IMG/VR virus record: IMGVR_UViG_3300035182_002389 | Location: 96,001-160,000 of that record | Length of the DNA stretch: 64,000 nt | Strand: one strand, 5' to 3' | From: a virus | Taxonomy: Duplodnaviria; Caudoviricetes | Shown here: positions 51,617-60,403 of the stretch, one piece after another | Layout of the letters: every line of letters starts with the position of its first letter | Position numbering within the stretch: position 1 is the first letter of the stretch | Notes under the pieces: model-generated | What the model was told of the DNA's origin: nothing | The model's input: the letters and a program-made list of their open reading frames with translations, nothing else | Database searches by the model: none | Program-made: the position numbers and the translations under genes

Positions 51617-51933
51617 GCACTGAGAGCTTGCGCGAGGTCTTCGCACGCGTGAAGCGCGAGAAAGCCGAACGCGAAGCGATCGTTCAAGCGTTCATCGCTC
51701 AGATCGGCGAGAGGCCCTTCTCCGTCGTCGTTCCTGCCCACGGCATATTTACGGACGACGTCACCTTCTACGTTCACCGGGACACACACGAGAAGTATCT
51801 CGGGCAGTGGCGCGTCACTCGCTTCATCAACGGCGAGCCTTGGGGCCACTACACCCACGCATCCTACGCCGACGTGCTCCGTCAGGTTGTCGGCGAGTAT
51901 CACGCCGATCTGCACAAAGCCAAACTGCGCTGA
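51613..51933 (+). CDS. hypothetical protein
   Basis: ATGA-coupled ORF. Confidence 0.65.
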   Translation: MSTESLREVFARVKREKAEREAIVQAFIAQIGERPFSVVVPAHGIFTDDVTFYVHRDTHEKYLGQWRVTRFINGEPWGHYTHASYADVLRQVVGEYHADLHKAKLR

Positions 51934-52019
51934 CATCTCCAACGAGCATGGAGATTTGACGGAGGCGTCTCTACGATGACCTCCGCCACGAGATTTCAAC
52001 CAAGAACGAGAGAAACACC

Positions 52020-52799
52020 ATGCACGACCCGAAGTCCCTTCTGCACGACCCGAGCCTCCTCCGACTCGGCAAGAAGGCCGTCCGCCACGACGACCGCACC
52101 CTGCAACTCGTCAAGTATCTCGGCGCGGCCCTTCCGCCGGCTCCCGCGAGCCTCGTCTGGTCGACGAAGACCGACAACAAGTGGCCGATGTTCCTCAACG
52201 ACTCGCTCGGCGACTGCACGTGCGCCGCGGCCGGCCACATGGAGCAGCTCTGGAGCGCCGCCGGGATCAAGAACGAGATCACTGTCGCCGACGCCGACGT
52301 GCTCGCGATGTACGAAGGCGCTGCCGGGTACAACCCGAAGGATCCGTCGACCGATCAGGGAGCCGTCGAGCTGGACGTCCTGAAGTTCTGGCAGAAGACC
52401 GGCCTCGCGGGGCGCAAGATCGGCCCGTACGCCTCGGTTTCGGTGCAGAGCAAGACCATCACGAAGGACGGCATCTACCTCTTCGGCGGCATCTACACCG
52501 GGTTCGCGCTGCCCGTCAGCGCGCAGTCGCAGGCCGTGTGGGACGTTCCCGCCCGCGGCGCCGTCGGACGCGGCGCGCCCGGGAGCTGGGGCGGCCACGC
52601 CGTGCCCGTCATCGACTACGACACGCGCGGCCTCACGTGCGTGACCTGGGGTACGCTGAAGCGCATGACCTGGGCCTTCTACCAGACCTACTGCGACGAG
52701 GCGTACGCCATCCTCAGCCCGGACTTCCTGTCCGCCGGCAAGTCCCCCGCCGGGTTCGACGCGGCGACGCTCGCGGCCGACCTCGCGAAGCTTCACTGA
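52020..52799 (+). CDS. papain-like (clan CA) cysteine peptidase
   Basis: NDSLGDCTCAA (Cys), GGHAVPVIDYD (His), VTWG. Confidence 0.8.
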   Translation: MHDPKSLLHDPSLLRLGKKAVRHDDRTLQLVKYLGAALPPAPASLVWSTKTDNKWPMFLNDSLGDCTCAAAGHMEQLWSAAGIKNEITVADADVLAMYEGAAGYNPKDPSTDQGAVELDVLKFWQKTGLAGRKIGPYASVSVQSKTITKDGIYLFGGIYTGFALPVSAQSQAVWDVPARGAVGRGAPGSWGGHAVPVIDYDTRGLTCVTWGTLKRMTWAFYQTYCDEAYAILSPDFLSAGKSPAGFDAATLAADLAKLH

Positions 52800-52868
52800 T
52801 CTCGCGAAGCTCCAACGATTCCTAGAGCGGAGGGACTCGCTATCCCTCCGTTCGCCTTTTGTGCTCTT

Positions 52869-52883
52869 GGCTTTTCACAAGCC
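52869..52883. promoter_or_regulatory. palindromic operator-like site
   Basis: GGCTTTTCACAAGCC followed by TACGAT and an ATG 6 nt later. Confidence 0.65.
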
Positions 52884-52906
52884 AGTGTCCGGGGTACGAT
52901 CTCTTC

Positions 52907-53419
52907 ATGGCCCGACGCAAGATGACGATCGAAGAGTTCTCCACCGAAGAGCGTCGCCGGCGCGACGCGAAGATCATGAGCCTTCGCGCGCAGCACGAAG
53001 CCCACGAGCGCGCGCACGAGAGCGTCCTCGGATCGCCTCGCTACCAGAAGCTTCGCGCGAAGGGCGGGAGCATCTCTGCCGAAGAGAGCGCGCGCATCTC
53101 CTCGATCGCACCCATGAGCAACGAGCAGCGCGGGGAGCTGGAGCTGGAGGAGATCCTCCGCGATCTGCCGAGCATGTTCGTCGCCTATGCAAAGGTCCAC
53201 GGGCCGTCCAAGCACGAGTCGCGGCCCCAATCGGTCACGCTGACCACCTGGCCGGGTCAGGTCATCGCCGAAGGCGTCGCTGGGAGCATCTACAAGTCGC
53301 CGGGGTTCGGCGGTCCCATCCGCCGACGTCAGGTCGTGGCCAAGATCCGCGGCGTCACCTACGTCGGCATCTGGTCGTTCGACAGCGCCGACGCGGTGCG
53401 GATGCGGCGGAGGGGCTGA
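52907..53419 (+). CDS. hypothetical protein
   Basis: ORF starting MARRKMTIEE. Confidence 0.7.
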   Translation: MARRKMTIEEFSTEERRRRDAKIMSLRAQHEAHERAHESVLGSPRYQKLRAKGGSISAEESARISSIAPMSNEQRGELELEEILRDLPSMFVAYAKVHGPSKHESRPQSVTLTTWPGQVIAEGVAGSIYKSPGFGGPIRRRQVVAKIRGVTYVGIWSFDSADAVRMRRRG

Positions 53420-53742
53420 TGGTCGGCATCCTCGCGCTCTTGCCCGCGAGCAAGCGGTACTACAGGGCTGGCGCGAGCCCCGGGTTCGCGCAGTCTTCTG
53501 CAACCACAGGGTTCTGCGCGCCGTGCATGCTCGCGCTCATTGCGGGCACCGACGCCGCCGTGCCTGCCGCGCCCGCTCCATCTGCGCCCGCGTCAGGGCC
53601 AAGCGCGCTCACCATCGTCGGCATCGCTGGCGCCGTCGGCCTCGTCGGGTTTCTTGCCTACGGCGCGCTCAACCCGCCGAGGAGCAACGAGTTCGATCGG
53701 CCGGGCCACGTTCGCGCCATGCGCAACTCCTTCGATCGCTAA
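53419..53742 (+). CDS. small TM protein
   Basis: TGATG-coupled; CxxC; one TM. Confidence 0.6.
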   Translation: MVGILALLPASKRYYRAGASPGFAQSSATTGFCAPCMLALIAGTDAAVPAAPAPSAPASGPSALTIVGIAGAVGLVGFLAYGALNPPRSNEFDRPGHVRAMRNSFDR

Positions 53743-53753
53743 CACGAGGACCC

Positions 53754-54092
53754 ATGCCCCACGACGACGACTTCATTCCTTCTTGGGCCGGCCGCACGAG
53801 CTACCGAGACATCGGCAACGCGGAACGGCAATCAGCCAGGCTTCACGAGACGACGGACGCTCTCGTGAGACTCGATCCGTCGCTGACGCCGCGCATGGCC
53901 TACGTTCTATGCAGGGCCTACGCGGGCAGCATCAGCGGTGAAGATGCCGCAGACGATGCAAAGAGCGTCCTTGGCGCCGCGCGACGGAACAAGGCTCGCA
54001 CCGAGAAGCTCCTCGACCAAGTCCGGCGCGAACCCATGTCCCTCGGTGGGCGGACGCCGAAGTCCAGCGTCGTTCGCCGCAAGAAGGCCTGA
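53754..54092 (+). CDS. hypothetical protein
   Basis: GAGGA SD. Confidence 0.6.
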   Translation: MPHDDDFIPSWAGRTSYRDIGNAERQSARLHETTDALVRLDPSLTPRMAYVLCRAYAGSISGEDAADDAKSVLGAARRNKARTEKLLDQVRREPMSLGGRTPKSSVVRRKKA

Positions 54093-54094
54093 CC

Positions 54095-54283
54095 ATGCTC
54101 ACCGTGCAGGGGCTCCTCGACGAGACCAAGCGCTATCGTGCAACCACGGCCACGGGCGCGACCATCGAAGAGGAGACCGCCAAGACGGCCATCTCCTCCG
54201 CTCTGCCGCTCATCGCTCTCGGAGGCCTGCTGCTCGTCGGTCTCTACGCGGCCAGCGCGCCGTCTGCGACCCGCCCACGCTGA
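54095..54283 (+). CDS. small TM protein
   Basis: One C-terminal TM. Confidence 0.6.
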   Translation: MLTVQGLLDETKRYRATTATGATIEEETAKTAISSALPLIALGGLLLVGLYAASAPSATRPR

Positions 54284-54286
54284 TCG

Positions 54287-54865
54287 TCAAGGCGCATTGC
54301 GACGCGCCTCGAACGTAATCAGGAGCTTGTCGAGCAGATCCTTCATGCGCTTGCGAAGGGCCCCTTCCTTGACGCCGAAGATGACCGCGATCTCCTTGTA
54401 TTCGAGGCCATCGTCGAGACGTAGGGTCAAGAGGTTGCGAGCGTCGTCGCTCAGCTCGCTCGCGATCTCACGGAGAAGCGCCACGTCGCGATGATGTTGA
54501 AGTCCCGTCCCCGGGCCTGCGAGGCTTCCGATCCAACGCTCGCTCGCGACGCCGGAGGTCGGCAAGGTGCGCCGACGCGCTCTCTTCGCCGACTCCGCCG
54601 AGTCGAGCGCCTTGTGACGAGCGATGCCGCACAGCCACGAGTGCATCGTGCTCTGCCCCGCAAAACCGCCGATCTTTTCGGACGCCGCCGCGAACGTCAC
54701 TTGCGCCACATCTCGGGCGCGCTGGTCGTCGCGCACGTAGCGCATCGCGAAGCGGACGATGCTCTTGTAGTAATGGCGGGCGGCAAGGTTCAACGCGCGA
54801 TGTCGATCGCCCGCCTGAAGCGCCTGCCGAATCTGAGCCTCGACGGCCGCGATGTCTTCCGCCAT
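54287..54865 (-). CDS. ECF-type sigma-70 factor
   Basis: Region 2 (ARDVAQVTF...F.GQST.HSWLCGIARHKALD) and region 4 (LSDDARNLLTLR..DGLEYKEIA..FGV.EGALRKR). Confidence 0.9.
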   Translation of the reverse strand: MAEDIAAVEAQIRQALQAGDRHRALNLAARHYYKSIVRFAMRYVRDDQRARDVAQVTFAAASEKIGGFAGQSTMHSWLCGIARHKALDSAESAKRARRRTLPTSGVASERWIGSLAGPGTGLQHHRDVALLREIASELSDDARNLLTLRLDDGLEYKEIAVIFGVKEGALRKRMKDLLDKLLITFEARRNAP

Positions 54866-54927
54866 GGCGTCAGCCTACTCCATCGACGATTGCGGAAGAA
54901 GAGAGAGGGCGTGCTACGATTGCCGCC

Positions 54928-55179
54928 ATGGCCTACCAGCGCCCCGCGCTCGCCGCTGCGTCTCGACACGTCGCCCCGCGCGCAGCCGTAGGAGGCATCG
55001 CCGATGCGGCGCCGCTCGGCGTTCCCGTTCCCATGTGGCTCATCGTCGCTGGCGGCGCCATCGGCGCCATCGGTGCAATCGAGCCTACCGCTGCGCCCTA
55101 TCGAACGCCCGTTCTTCTCGCCGGTCTGCTCACTGCGTGCGCCGGCGCTGGCCTGACCGTCCTCAAGGGGTTCCAATGA
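54928..55179 (+). CDS. small two-TM protein with YQRPAL...VGG motif
   Basis: MAYQRPALAA...AAVGG; GTGCTACGAT 7 nt before the ATG. Confidence 0.7.
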   Translation: MAYQRPALAAASRHVAPRAAVGGIADAAPLGVPVPMWLIVAGGAIGAIGAIEPTAAPYRTPVLLAGLLTACAGAGLTVLKGFQ

Positions 55180-55403
55180 ACTGCCGGCGTCCCGTGCTTG
55201 CCCGCATTTCTGGCGCTCCCGTCGTTCACACGGGCGGAACCTCGTCCGGCGTTCCTGCTACGGGACTCGCCGTCGCGGCAATGTTCGGAGGCATCAGCGT
55301 CCTCAGCGCTGCCAGCCTTCACGATCGGGCTACCGCCAACAGCCTCCTCTACCCGGTCGGCGGCGTTCTCGCTGTGGTCGGGGCCTTGAACCTGCTCTTC
55401 TGA
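55176..55403 (+). CDS. small two-TM protein with RRPVL...TGG motif
   Basis: MNCRRPVLARISGAPVVHTGG. Confidence 0.7.
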   Translation: MNCRRPVLARISGAPVVHTGGTSSGVPATGLAVAAMFGGISVLSAASLHDRATANSLLYPVGGVLAVVGALNLLF

Positions 55404-55412
55404 GAGGCTTCC

Positions 55413-55652
55413 ATGAGCTACCAGCGACCCTCCCTCTGTTCTTCGCCTTCTCGGCCCGCCCTTGCGAGCGTTGGAGGTTCGGACACCTCTTCCGGCGCAA
55501 GCGAATGGATCCTCCCCGTACTGCTCGTCGGAGGGGGCGCTGCACTCTACATGGAGATGCGTCGAGAACGCGCAAAGGAAGAGGCGTCTGTTGTCCAGGG
55601 CAGGGCCTTCTACGCGAGTCGCCACCCTGAGAGGTCGCGCGCCGCGCGATAG
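55413..55652 (+). CDS. small TM protein with YQRPSL...VGG motif
   Basis: MSYQRPSLC...ASVGG; WILPVLLVGGGAALYMEM. Confidence 0.7.
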   Translation: MSYQRPSLCSSPSRPALASVGGSDTSSGASEWILPVLLVGGGAALYMEMRRERAKEEASVVQGRAFYASRHPERSRAAR

Positions 55653-55655
55653 ATC

Positions 55656-56204
55656 ATGGACTACCGTCGCCCCGCCCTCTGCTCTCGGCCCGATCTCGGG
55701 CCTGCGGCTACGCATGTCGGCGCAGACGTTCCTGCGACCTCAAGCCCGACGGGGTGGATACTGCCGGTCTTGATTCTTGGCGGAGGCGCCGCGCTCTACT
55801 TCGAGATGAAGAAGGAGCGCGCGAAAGAGGATTCGCAGACGGCGCAAGGGCGCGCCTTCTACGAGAAGCGTCGCTCTGAGAAAGAGCGCGAACGCGCCCT
55901 CCGAGAAGAGCGTTTTGGCCCCACCACTCCAAGGACCGGAGCTGCCTTTCACGGACCGAAGGCGCCATCCATCGCCGATCGTCCGATGACAACTGAGGAG
56001 GCCGCCAGGGTTCAGCGCGTGCTCCACCCTGTTCCGCCGCTTCGCCCGGACGCCTTGCCCGAGGTTCAACACGTACCCCGTGAGGCTCGGGAACGGGCCG
56101 GGTTCAAACCCCTGCACATCGAGAAGATGCGCAAAGAGCTGGAGGCCCTCCGGCGCGAGTTCGGCCCTTCCACGGAAGGTCCGAAAACCGAGCGCAGGCC
56201 GTGA
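55656..56204 (+). CDS. TM protein, paralog of 55413
   Basis: MDYRRPALC...THVGA; WILPVLILGGGAALYFEM..ERAKE....QGRAFY shared. Confidence 0.75.
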   Translation: MDYRRPALCSRPDLGPAATHVGADVPATSSPTGWILPVLILGGGAALYFEMKKERAKEDSQTAQGRAFYEKRRSEKERERALREERFGPTTPRTGAAFHGPKAPSIADRPMTTEEAARVQRVLHPVPPLRPDALPEVQHVPREARERAGFKPLHIEKMRKELEALRREFGPSTEGPKTERRP

Positions 56205-56251
56205 TTGTTTGCGCGTAGGAGCAGGGCCCGACTTACGCTAAGCTGACTCGC

Positions 56252-56833
56252 ATGGCGTCTGTCCGCGGCCTGCTCGCACACAAGCCCCAAGCCCACGTTC
56301 CGCCGGCCAACGTCGGCGCACCTCTCCCGGCCGGACCTGCCCCCGCATCGAGCGGACCGAACCTGACGACTCTCCTCGTCATCGGCGTCGTCGGCGCAGG
56401 CGCGTACGTCTACTGGAAGAAAAAGAAGGAAGGCGAGAAGGCGGAAGCTAGCTATCGCAACCGCCAACCCGTCCAATACGACGCCTCCGTCGTTCGGACT
56501 CCGCACAGGCAGATGTCCGCCGTCGCCGGAACGAGCAAGAGCCCGGTTGGGTTCTTGGCACCGCCCTCGTCTGTCTCCGGGTCGACAGAGAGGGCCTCTC
56601 CGCGCCATACGGAGGGAGGCGTCATCTCTCGCGAGGCGTACTCCTACCCCGACGTGCCGCGTTTCCCCGACGCCCAAGCTTCGTCGTTCCGTTGGCGCCC
56701 ACCCGTCGACCAGCCGCCCTCTACGGTTCCGGGAACTGAGCGAGACATGCCGCCCTTCACCGTCGTCTCGGGGGACGCTCCCTTCGCACCCGAGTCCATG
56801 AGCGAGTCTCTCTCCAACCGCCGCAGCTTCTGA
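56252..56833 (+). CDS. TM protein with ...NVGA motif
   Basis: LLVIGVVGAGAYVYWKKKK; TAAGCT 7 nt before the ATG. Confidence 0.75.
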   Translation: MASVRGLLAHKPQAHVPPANVGAPLPAGPAPASSGPNLTTLLVIGVVGAGAYVYWKKKKEGEKAEASYRNRQPVQYDASVVRTPHRQMSAVAGTSKSPVGFLAPPSSVSGSTERASPRHTEGGVISREAYSYPDVPRFPDAQASSFRWRPPVDQPPSTVPGTERDMPPFTVVSGDAPFAPESMSESLSNRRSF

Positions 56834-56850
56834 GAGAACGGGGCTCGACG

Positions 56851-57573
56851 ATGGCGCAGAAGCAGTGGATCAATCTGCCGACCGGGCAGGTGCTCGTCGA
56901 CGGCGTCGCCGTCACGCCCACCGATCCGCTACGCATCAAGCAGATTCAAAACGACGTCATCGAAAAGTGGGGCGTCGTATTCGCAAAGGCGGCAATCAAG
57001 ACTGGCGTGCCGTGGTGCTGGCTCATCGGGTTCTGCGCGTCGGAGAGCTATCCTGTCGGCGATCCGAACAGCCTCTCTGGCATGGGCGCCATCGGGCTCA
57101 TGCAGCTTTTGCCGAGCAACTTTGCAAAATTCATGGGGCGCCCCGTGAGCCGCGCGGAGATGTTCAGCCCCGAGATCAACGCGTTCGTCGGCGCCTCCTT
57201 CATCGCGGACCTTCGCAAGCACAACGGCAACGATCTGGTCGCGACCGCCTCGATGTACAACGCGTGGATCGATCACAGCGACAAGTCGGGCCTCTACTAC
57301 CCGAAGACGTGTGCCAACCATCCGTGTTCAGACACGAGCTGGGGCCCCACGCCGAACGAGGCGATGTACGCGGAAGACAGCTACATCGAGAAGGTCGTGA
57401 CCGCGACCAACTTCGCCTACCCGCAGACGGCGCGGTTCATCGCCCAAGCTCAGACCGAAATCCAAACGTCCTCCACGGGACGCACACTCGCCATCGGCGC
57501 AGGATCGCTCCTGATCTGCGCCGGCGGCTATTTCGCCTACAAGCAATACGCCGCGAGGAAGAAGAACGCATGA
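56851..57573 (+). CDS. lytic transglycosylase (SLT-like) with C-terminal TM
   Basis: ASES catalytic Glu, AIGLMQLLP, ASMYNA. Confidence 0.9.
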   Translation: MAQKQWINLPTGQVLVDGVAVTPTDPLRIKQIQNDVIEKWGVVFAKAAIKTGVPWCWLIGFCASESYPVGDPNSLSGMGAIGLMQLLPSNFAKFMGRPVSRAEMFSPEINAFVGASFIADLRKHNGNDLVATASMYNAWIDHSDKSGLYYPKTCANHPCSDTSWGPTPNEAMYAEDSYIEKVVTATNFAYPQTARFIAQAQTEIQTSSTGRTLAIGAGSLLICAGGYFAYKQYAARKKNA

Positions 57574-57980
57574 ACCTCCTCATCCTCGACGACGAGCCTG
57601 CACGCCACACATTCTACGAGACGCGTTACGGCAGGATGCACCACATCCGCCACGCAACTCGCTACCTCGATTTCGCAAAAGCGCTCGGGGAGCGCCGCTG
57701 GGACTACATCTTCCTCGACCGCGATCTCGACAACCCCGAGTTCGCCCCGCGCCCCGATCGGTATCGCGGGCTTGACGGCGAAGTGCGCACGTACAACGGC
57801 GTCGACGCGGCCGTGCTCGTCGGCAAGCTGCCACGCCGTCTTCGCCCGCGCGGCGTGGTCGTCCAGTCCATCAACGAGGTCGGCTCGCACGACATCGCCG
57901 CCGTGCTCCAATCCTTCGGCGTTCGCTTCATTCGCGAGCCGTTCAACGAACTCGTCGAGCGCGTCGCCAAGACAGGGTGA
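57570..57980 (+). CDS. divergent receiver domain (cyclic-phosphate-processing REC-like)
   Basis: MNLLILDDE...YIFLDRDL...NGVDAA...VVQSINEVGSHDI. Confidence 0.7.
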   Translation: MNLLILDDEPARHTFYETRYGRMHHIRHATRYLDFAKALGERRWDYIFLDRDLDNPEFAPRPDRYRGLDGEVRTYNGVDAAVLVGKLPRRLRPRGVVVQSINEVGSHDIAAVLQSFGVRFIREPFNELVERVAKTG

Positions 57981-57985
57981 AGATC

Positions 57986-58597
57986 ATGAACAAGGAACTC
58001 CTGCTCGGAATCGGCGTCGGGAGCCTCATTGCTCTCTGCATCGTCGCAAAACGAAGCAGCGCAGCATCCTCGCTCACGCCTTTCAGCCCGCTCGCGAAGG
58101 GCTCCAAGATCCTCCTCGTCGGCGACTCGCTCGCTGTCGGTCTTCAGACTCGCCTCGGCGTCAACGCCAAGGACAACGGATACGCATTCGCTGCGGACGC
58201 CGTCGGTGGAACCAAGGCCGACCAATGGGCCCAGCGCATCGGCAGCGTTCTCGCGCGCGAGAGGCCTCAGCTCGTACTCGTCTCGCTCGGAACCAACGAC
58301 GCGCTCAACGCTCCGGTCGAGAAGGAGGCGCCCGACGTCGCAAGCCTCGTCAAGCAGATCCGTGATGCGGGCGCCGTCCCCGTCTGGATCTTCCCCATCA
58401 CGATGCCCTCGAACTTCACGAACGGCCTCACCACGTTCCGGTCTCTCGTACGCTCCCAAGGCGTCGAGGCCCTCGACTCCTCCGTCGTGCTCATTCCGAG
58501 GCCAGCCGCCGATCCCATCCATCCTGGAGGCGGCGGCTACGCCACCTGGGCCGACTGGATTTGGGGTACGCTGCAATCGCGCAACATCGTCTACTAG
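57986..58597 (+). CDS. signal-anchored SGNH/GDSL esterase
   Basis: GDSL, GGT, GTND, DPIHP. Confidence 0.9.
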   Translation: MNKELLLGIGVGSLIALCIVAKRSSAASSLTPFSPLAKGSKILLVGDSLAVGLQTRLGVNAKDNGYAFAADAVGGTKADQWAQRIGSVLARERPQLVLVSLGTNDALNAPVEKEAPDVASLVKQIRDAGAVPVWIFPITMPSNFTNGLTTFRSLVRSQGVEALDSSVVLIPRPAADPIHPGGGGYATWADWIWGTLQSRNIVY

Positions 58598-58615
58598 ACC
58601 CGCGGGAGTTCGCTC

Positions 58616-59224
58616 ATGTCGCACAGCCCCGTCCGCAACCAAATCTCCGCTGCCGATCCTGCTGCCCTCACCGCGTACGTGGGCAAGTTCCAAGCAGGCG
58701 ATACGGCCTATGTCGCGTCTCCGTCCGCCGAGTTCATCTTCAGCGCTACCAACCCATACCCTGCCGGCGCTCTCAACCTCGCCTACGTCCTCGCCAGCGG
58801 CGGCGGCTTCTGGCTCCGAAACATGCCGAACGCTGCCACGTTCCTGTGCGACGCGATCTTGCCAGCGTCTCTCGCCGTGCCGGCATTGACGTACCTGACG
58901 CCCGGATATGGAGCGACCACGGTCGATCCGCTTCCGTCTTCTGTTTCCCTCTTCGGCGTGATGCAGGCAACCAAGAGGACCGTCACGTCTCTCAGGGTTA
59001 GTCACGACTCCACCGCGGCAGAAGTCCCCACTATCCAGTACACCATCACGCTCAATGGCGCTCCCATCGTCACAACGGCGCTGTCTCTCGACGCCGGGAT
59101 GGATGCTGGCGAAATCTACTTCGGACCGCTTCCCGTCGTTCCTGGCGACGTCATCGGCGTTACGGCGCTTCCGACCGGCGTCGTCGTCAACACTCCGAGG
59201 TCCATCGTTGCCACGGTGAACTGA
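58616..59224 (+). CDS. beta-rich structural protein; N-terminus distantly resembles the EGYNPFPG domain
   Basis: AGDTAYV...YVLASGGGFWLR followed by a jelly-roll-like strand pattern. Confidence 0.6.
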   Translation: MSHSPVRNQISAADPAALTAYVGKFQAGDTAYVASPSAEFIFSATNPYPAGALNLAYVLASGGGFWLRNMPNAATFLCDAILPASLAVPALTYLTPGYGATTVDPLPSSVSLFGVMQATKRTVTSLRVSHDSTAAEVPTIQYTITLNGAPIVTTALSLDAGMDAGEIYFGPLPVVPGDVIGVTALPTGVVVNTPRSIVATVN

Positions 59225-59226
59225 AC

Positions 59227-59625
59227 ATGCACTGCAAAACCGCCGACGCTCAGCGCCTGTACATGCAGATCGCCATGACGCAAGCGGACGTGCGCGTGCT
59301 TAGTCGCATCGCGTACGAGACCAACGGCGAAGCGGGCCCCGTCGAGGCCTTCGCGCAGAAGCTCGTCGCCACGCGGTACGCCGGACTCCTTGCCCAGCGT
59401 GGAGAAGACGTCGCGCTCGATTTCTACGTCACGCCTTCGGAGCGCCAGGCGGTCGCGAAAGATGTCCGGGACATGGCCATCCAGAGCTACAAGGACGCCA
59501 CGGGACTCAGTTCCATCGCTCGCGAGAGCGTGCGGAGCGGGCAAGAGCGCCTCGCCCGAGAGAAGCTCCGCCAGAACCCGCCCAAGCTGTCGCTGATCCT
59601 CGGCGGGAAGCCGAAAACGCGATAG
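59227..59625 (+). CDS. hypothetical protein
   Basis: 132-aa helical ORF. Confidence 0.65.
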   Translation: MHCKTADAQRLYMQIAMTQADVRVLSRIAYETNGEAGPVEAFAQKLVATRYAGLLAQRGEDVALDFYVTPSERQAVAKDVRDMAIQSYKDATGLSSIARESVRSGQERLAREKLRQNPPKLSLILGGKPKTR

Positions 59626-59640
59626 GCTTCTGCTTGCACC

Positions 59641-59655
59641 GGCTTGTCGCAAGCC
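59641..59655. promoter_or_regulatory. palindromic operator-like site
   Basis: GGCTTGTCGCAAGCC, perfect consensus. Confidence 0.7.
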
Positions 59656-59677
59656 AACCAGTAAAGGAAACCACACC

Positions 59678-60148
59678 ATGAACAAGGCTCTCCCGCTCCT
59701 CGTTGGCGGCGGCATCATCCTCGCCGCCGTCCTGTTGTCCTCGAAGAAGGCCAGCGCCGCCACGACTGCGGGCGGTGGCGGCGGAGGGGGCGGCGCGCCT
59801 CCGCCCCCGAACAACGGCGGAGGCGGGGCCACGCCCTACAACGTCCCGCCGCAGCCCCAGCCGCAGCCGCAGCCTGCTCCGACGCCCGCCCCGAGGCCTA
59901 CCAACGTGGCCAACACCCCGGGCAGCGCCAGCGGCATGTACTCCGCGACGCAGATCAAGTGCGTTCAGGCCTACCTGCTCGCCAACGGGTTCTACGCCGG
60001 CAAGACCATCGACGACACGAACACCATCGTCGACGCTGCGGTTGGTCCGCAGACGGAAGCTGCCATCAAGGCCTTCCAGCTCGCGAACGGTCTCACGCCG
60101 ACCGGCTTCATCAACGCCGACGTCATGAGCGCCACGGGCTGCCCGTAG
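59678..60148 (+). CDS. signal-anchored peptidoglycan-binding protein
   Basis: LPLLVGGGIILAAVLL; VQAYL..NGFY...VGPQTEAAIKAFQLANGLTPTGFIN. Confidence 0.85.
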   Translation: MNKALPLLVGGGIILAAVLLSSKKASAATTAGGGGGGGGAPPPPNNGGGGATPYNVPPQPQPQPQPAPTPAPRPTNVANTPGSASGMYSATQIKCVQAYLLANGFYAGKTIDDTNTIVDAAVGPQTEAAIKAFQLANGLTPTGFINADVMSATGCP

Positions 60149-60403
60149 TCTCCGATGGGGTCAGGGCCAAAAGACGATCGTGAGGAGGTGCCGGATACTT
60201 TGCCGGCACCGCCGCCCGATCGCGCCCATGGTCCGGCCCCAAAGCCTTCTCGCGGAGCCAATACGAGGCCGTCCAGCCCCCACGCGATTCGCATCTCCGA
60301 CCTCTTGCGCGAAGCTCGCCAAGAGGCCGGCCTTGCGGACCTGCCGCACGAGCCGCCCCGAGCGCCCGGCGGCCCTGAACGCGACATCAGGAGGCGCCTG
60401 CAT

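Noticed and set aside
60155-60403. N-terminal extension of the GH25 enzyme
   Set aside because: Low-complexity Pro/Arg-rich frame; a strong AGGAGG SD supports the start at 60404, though the extension cannot be fully excluded
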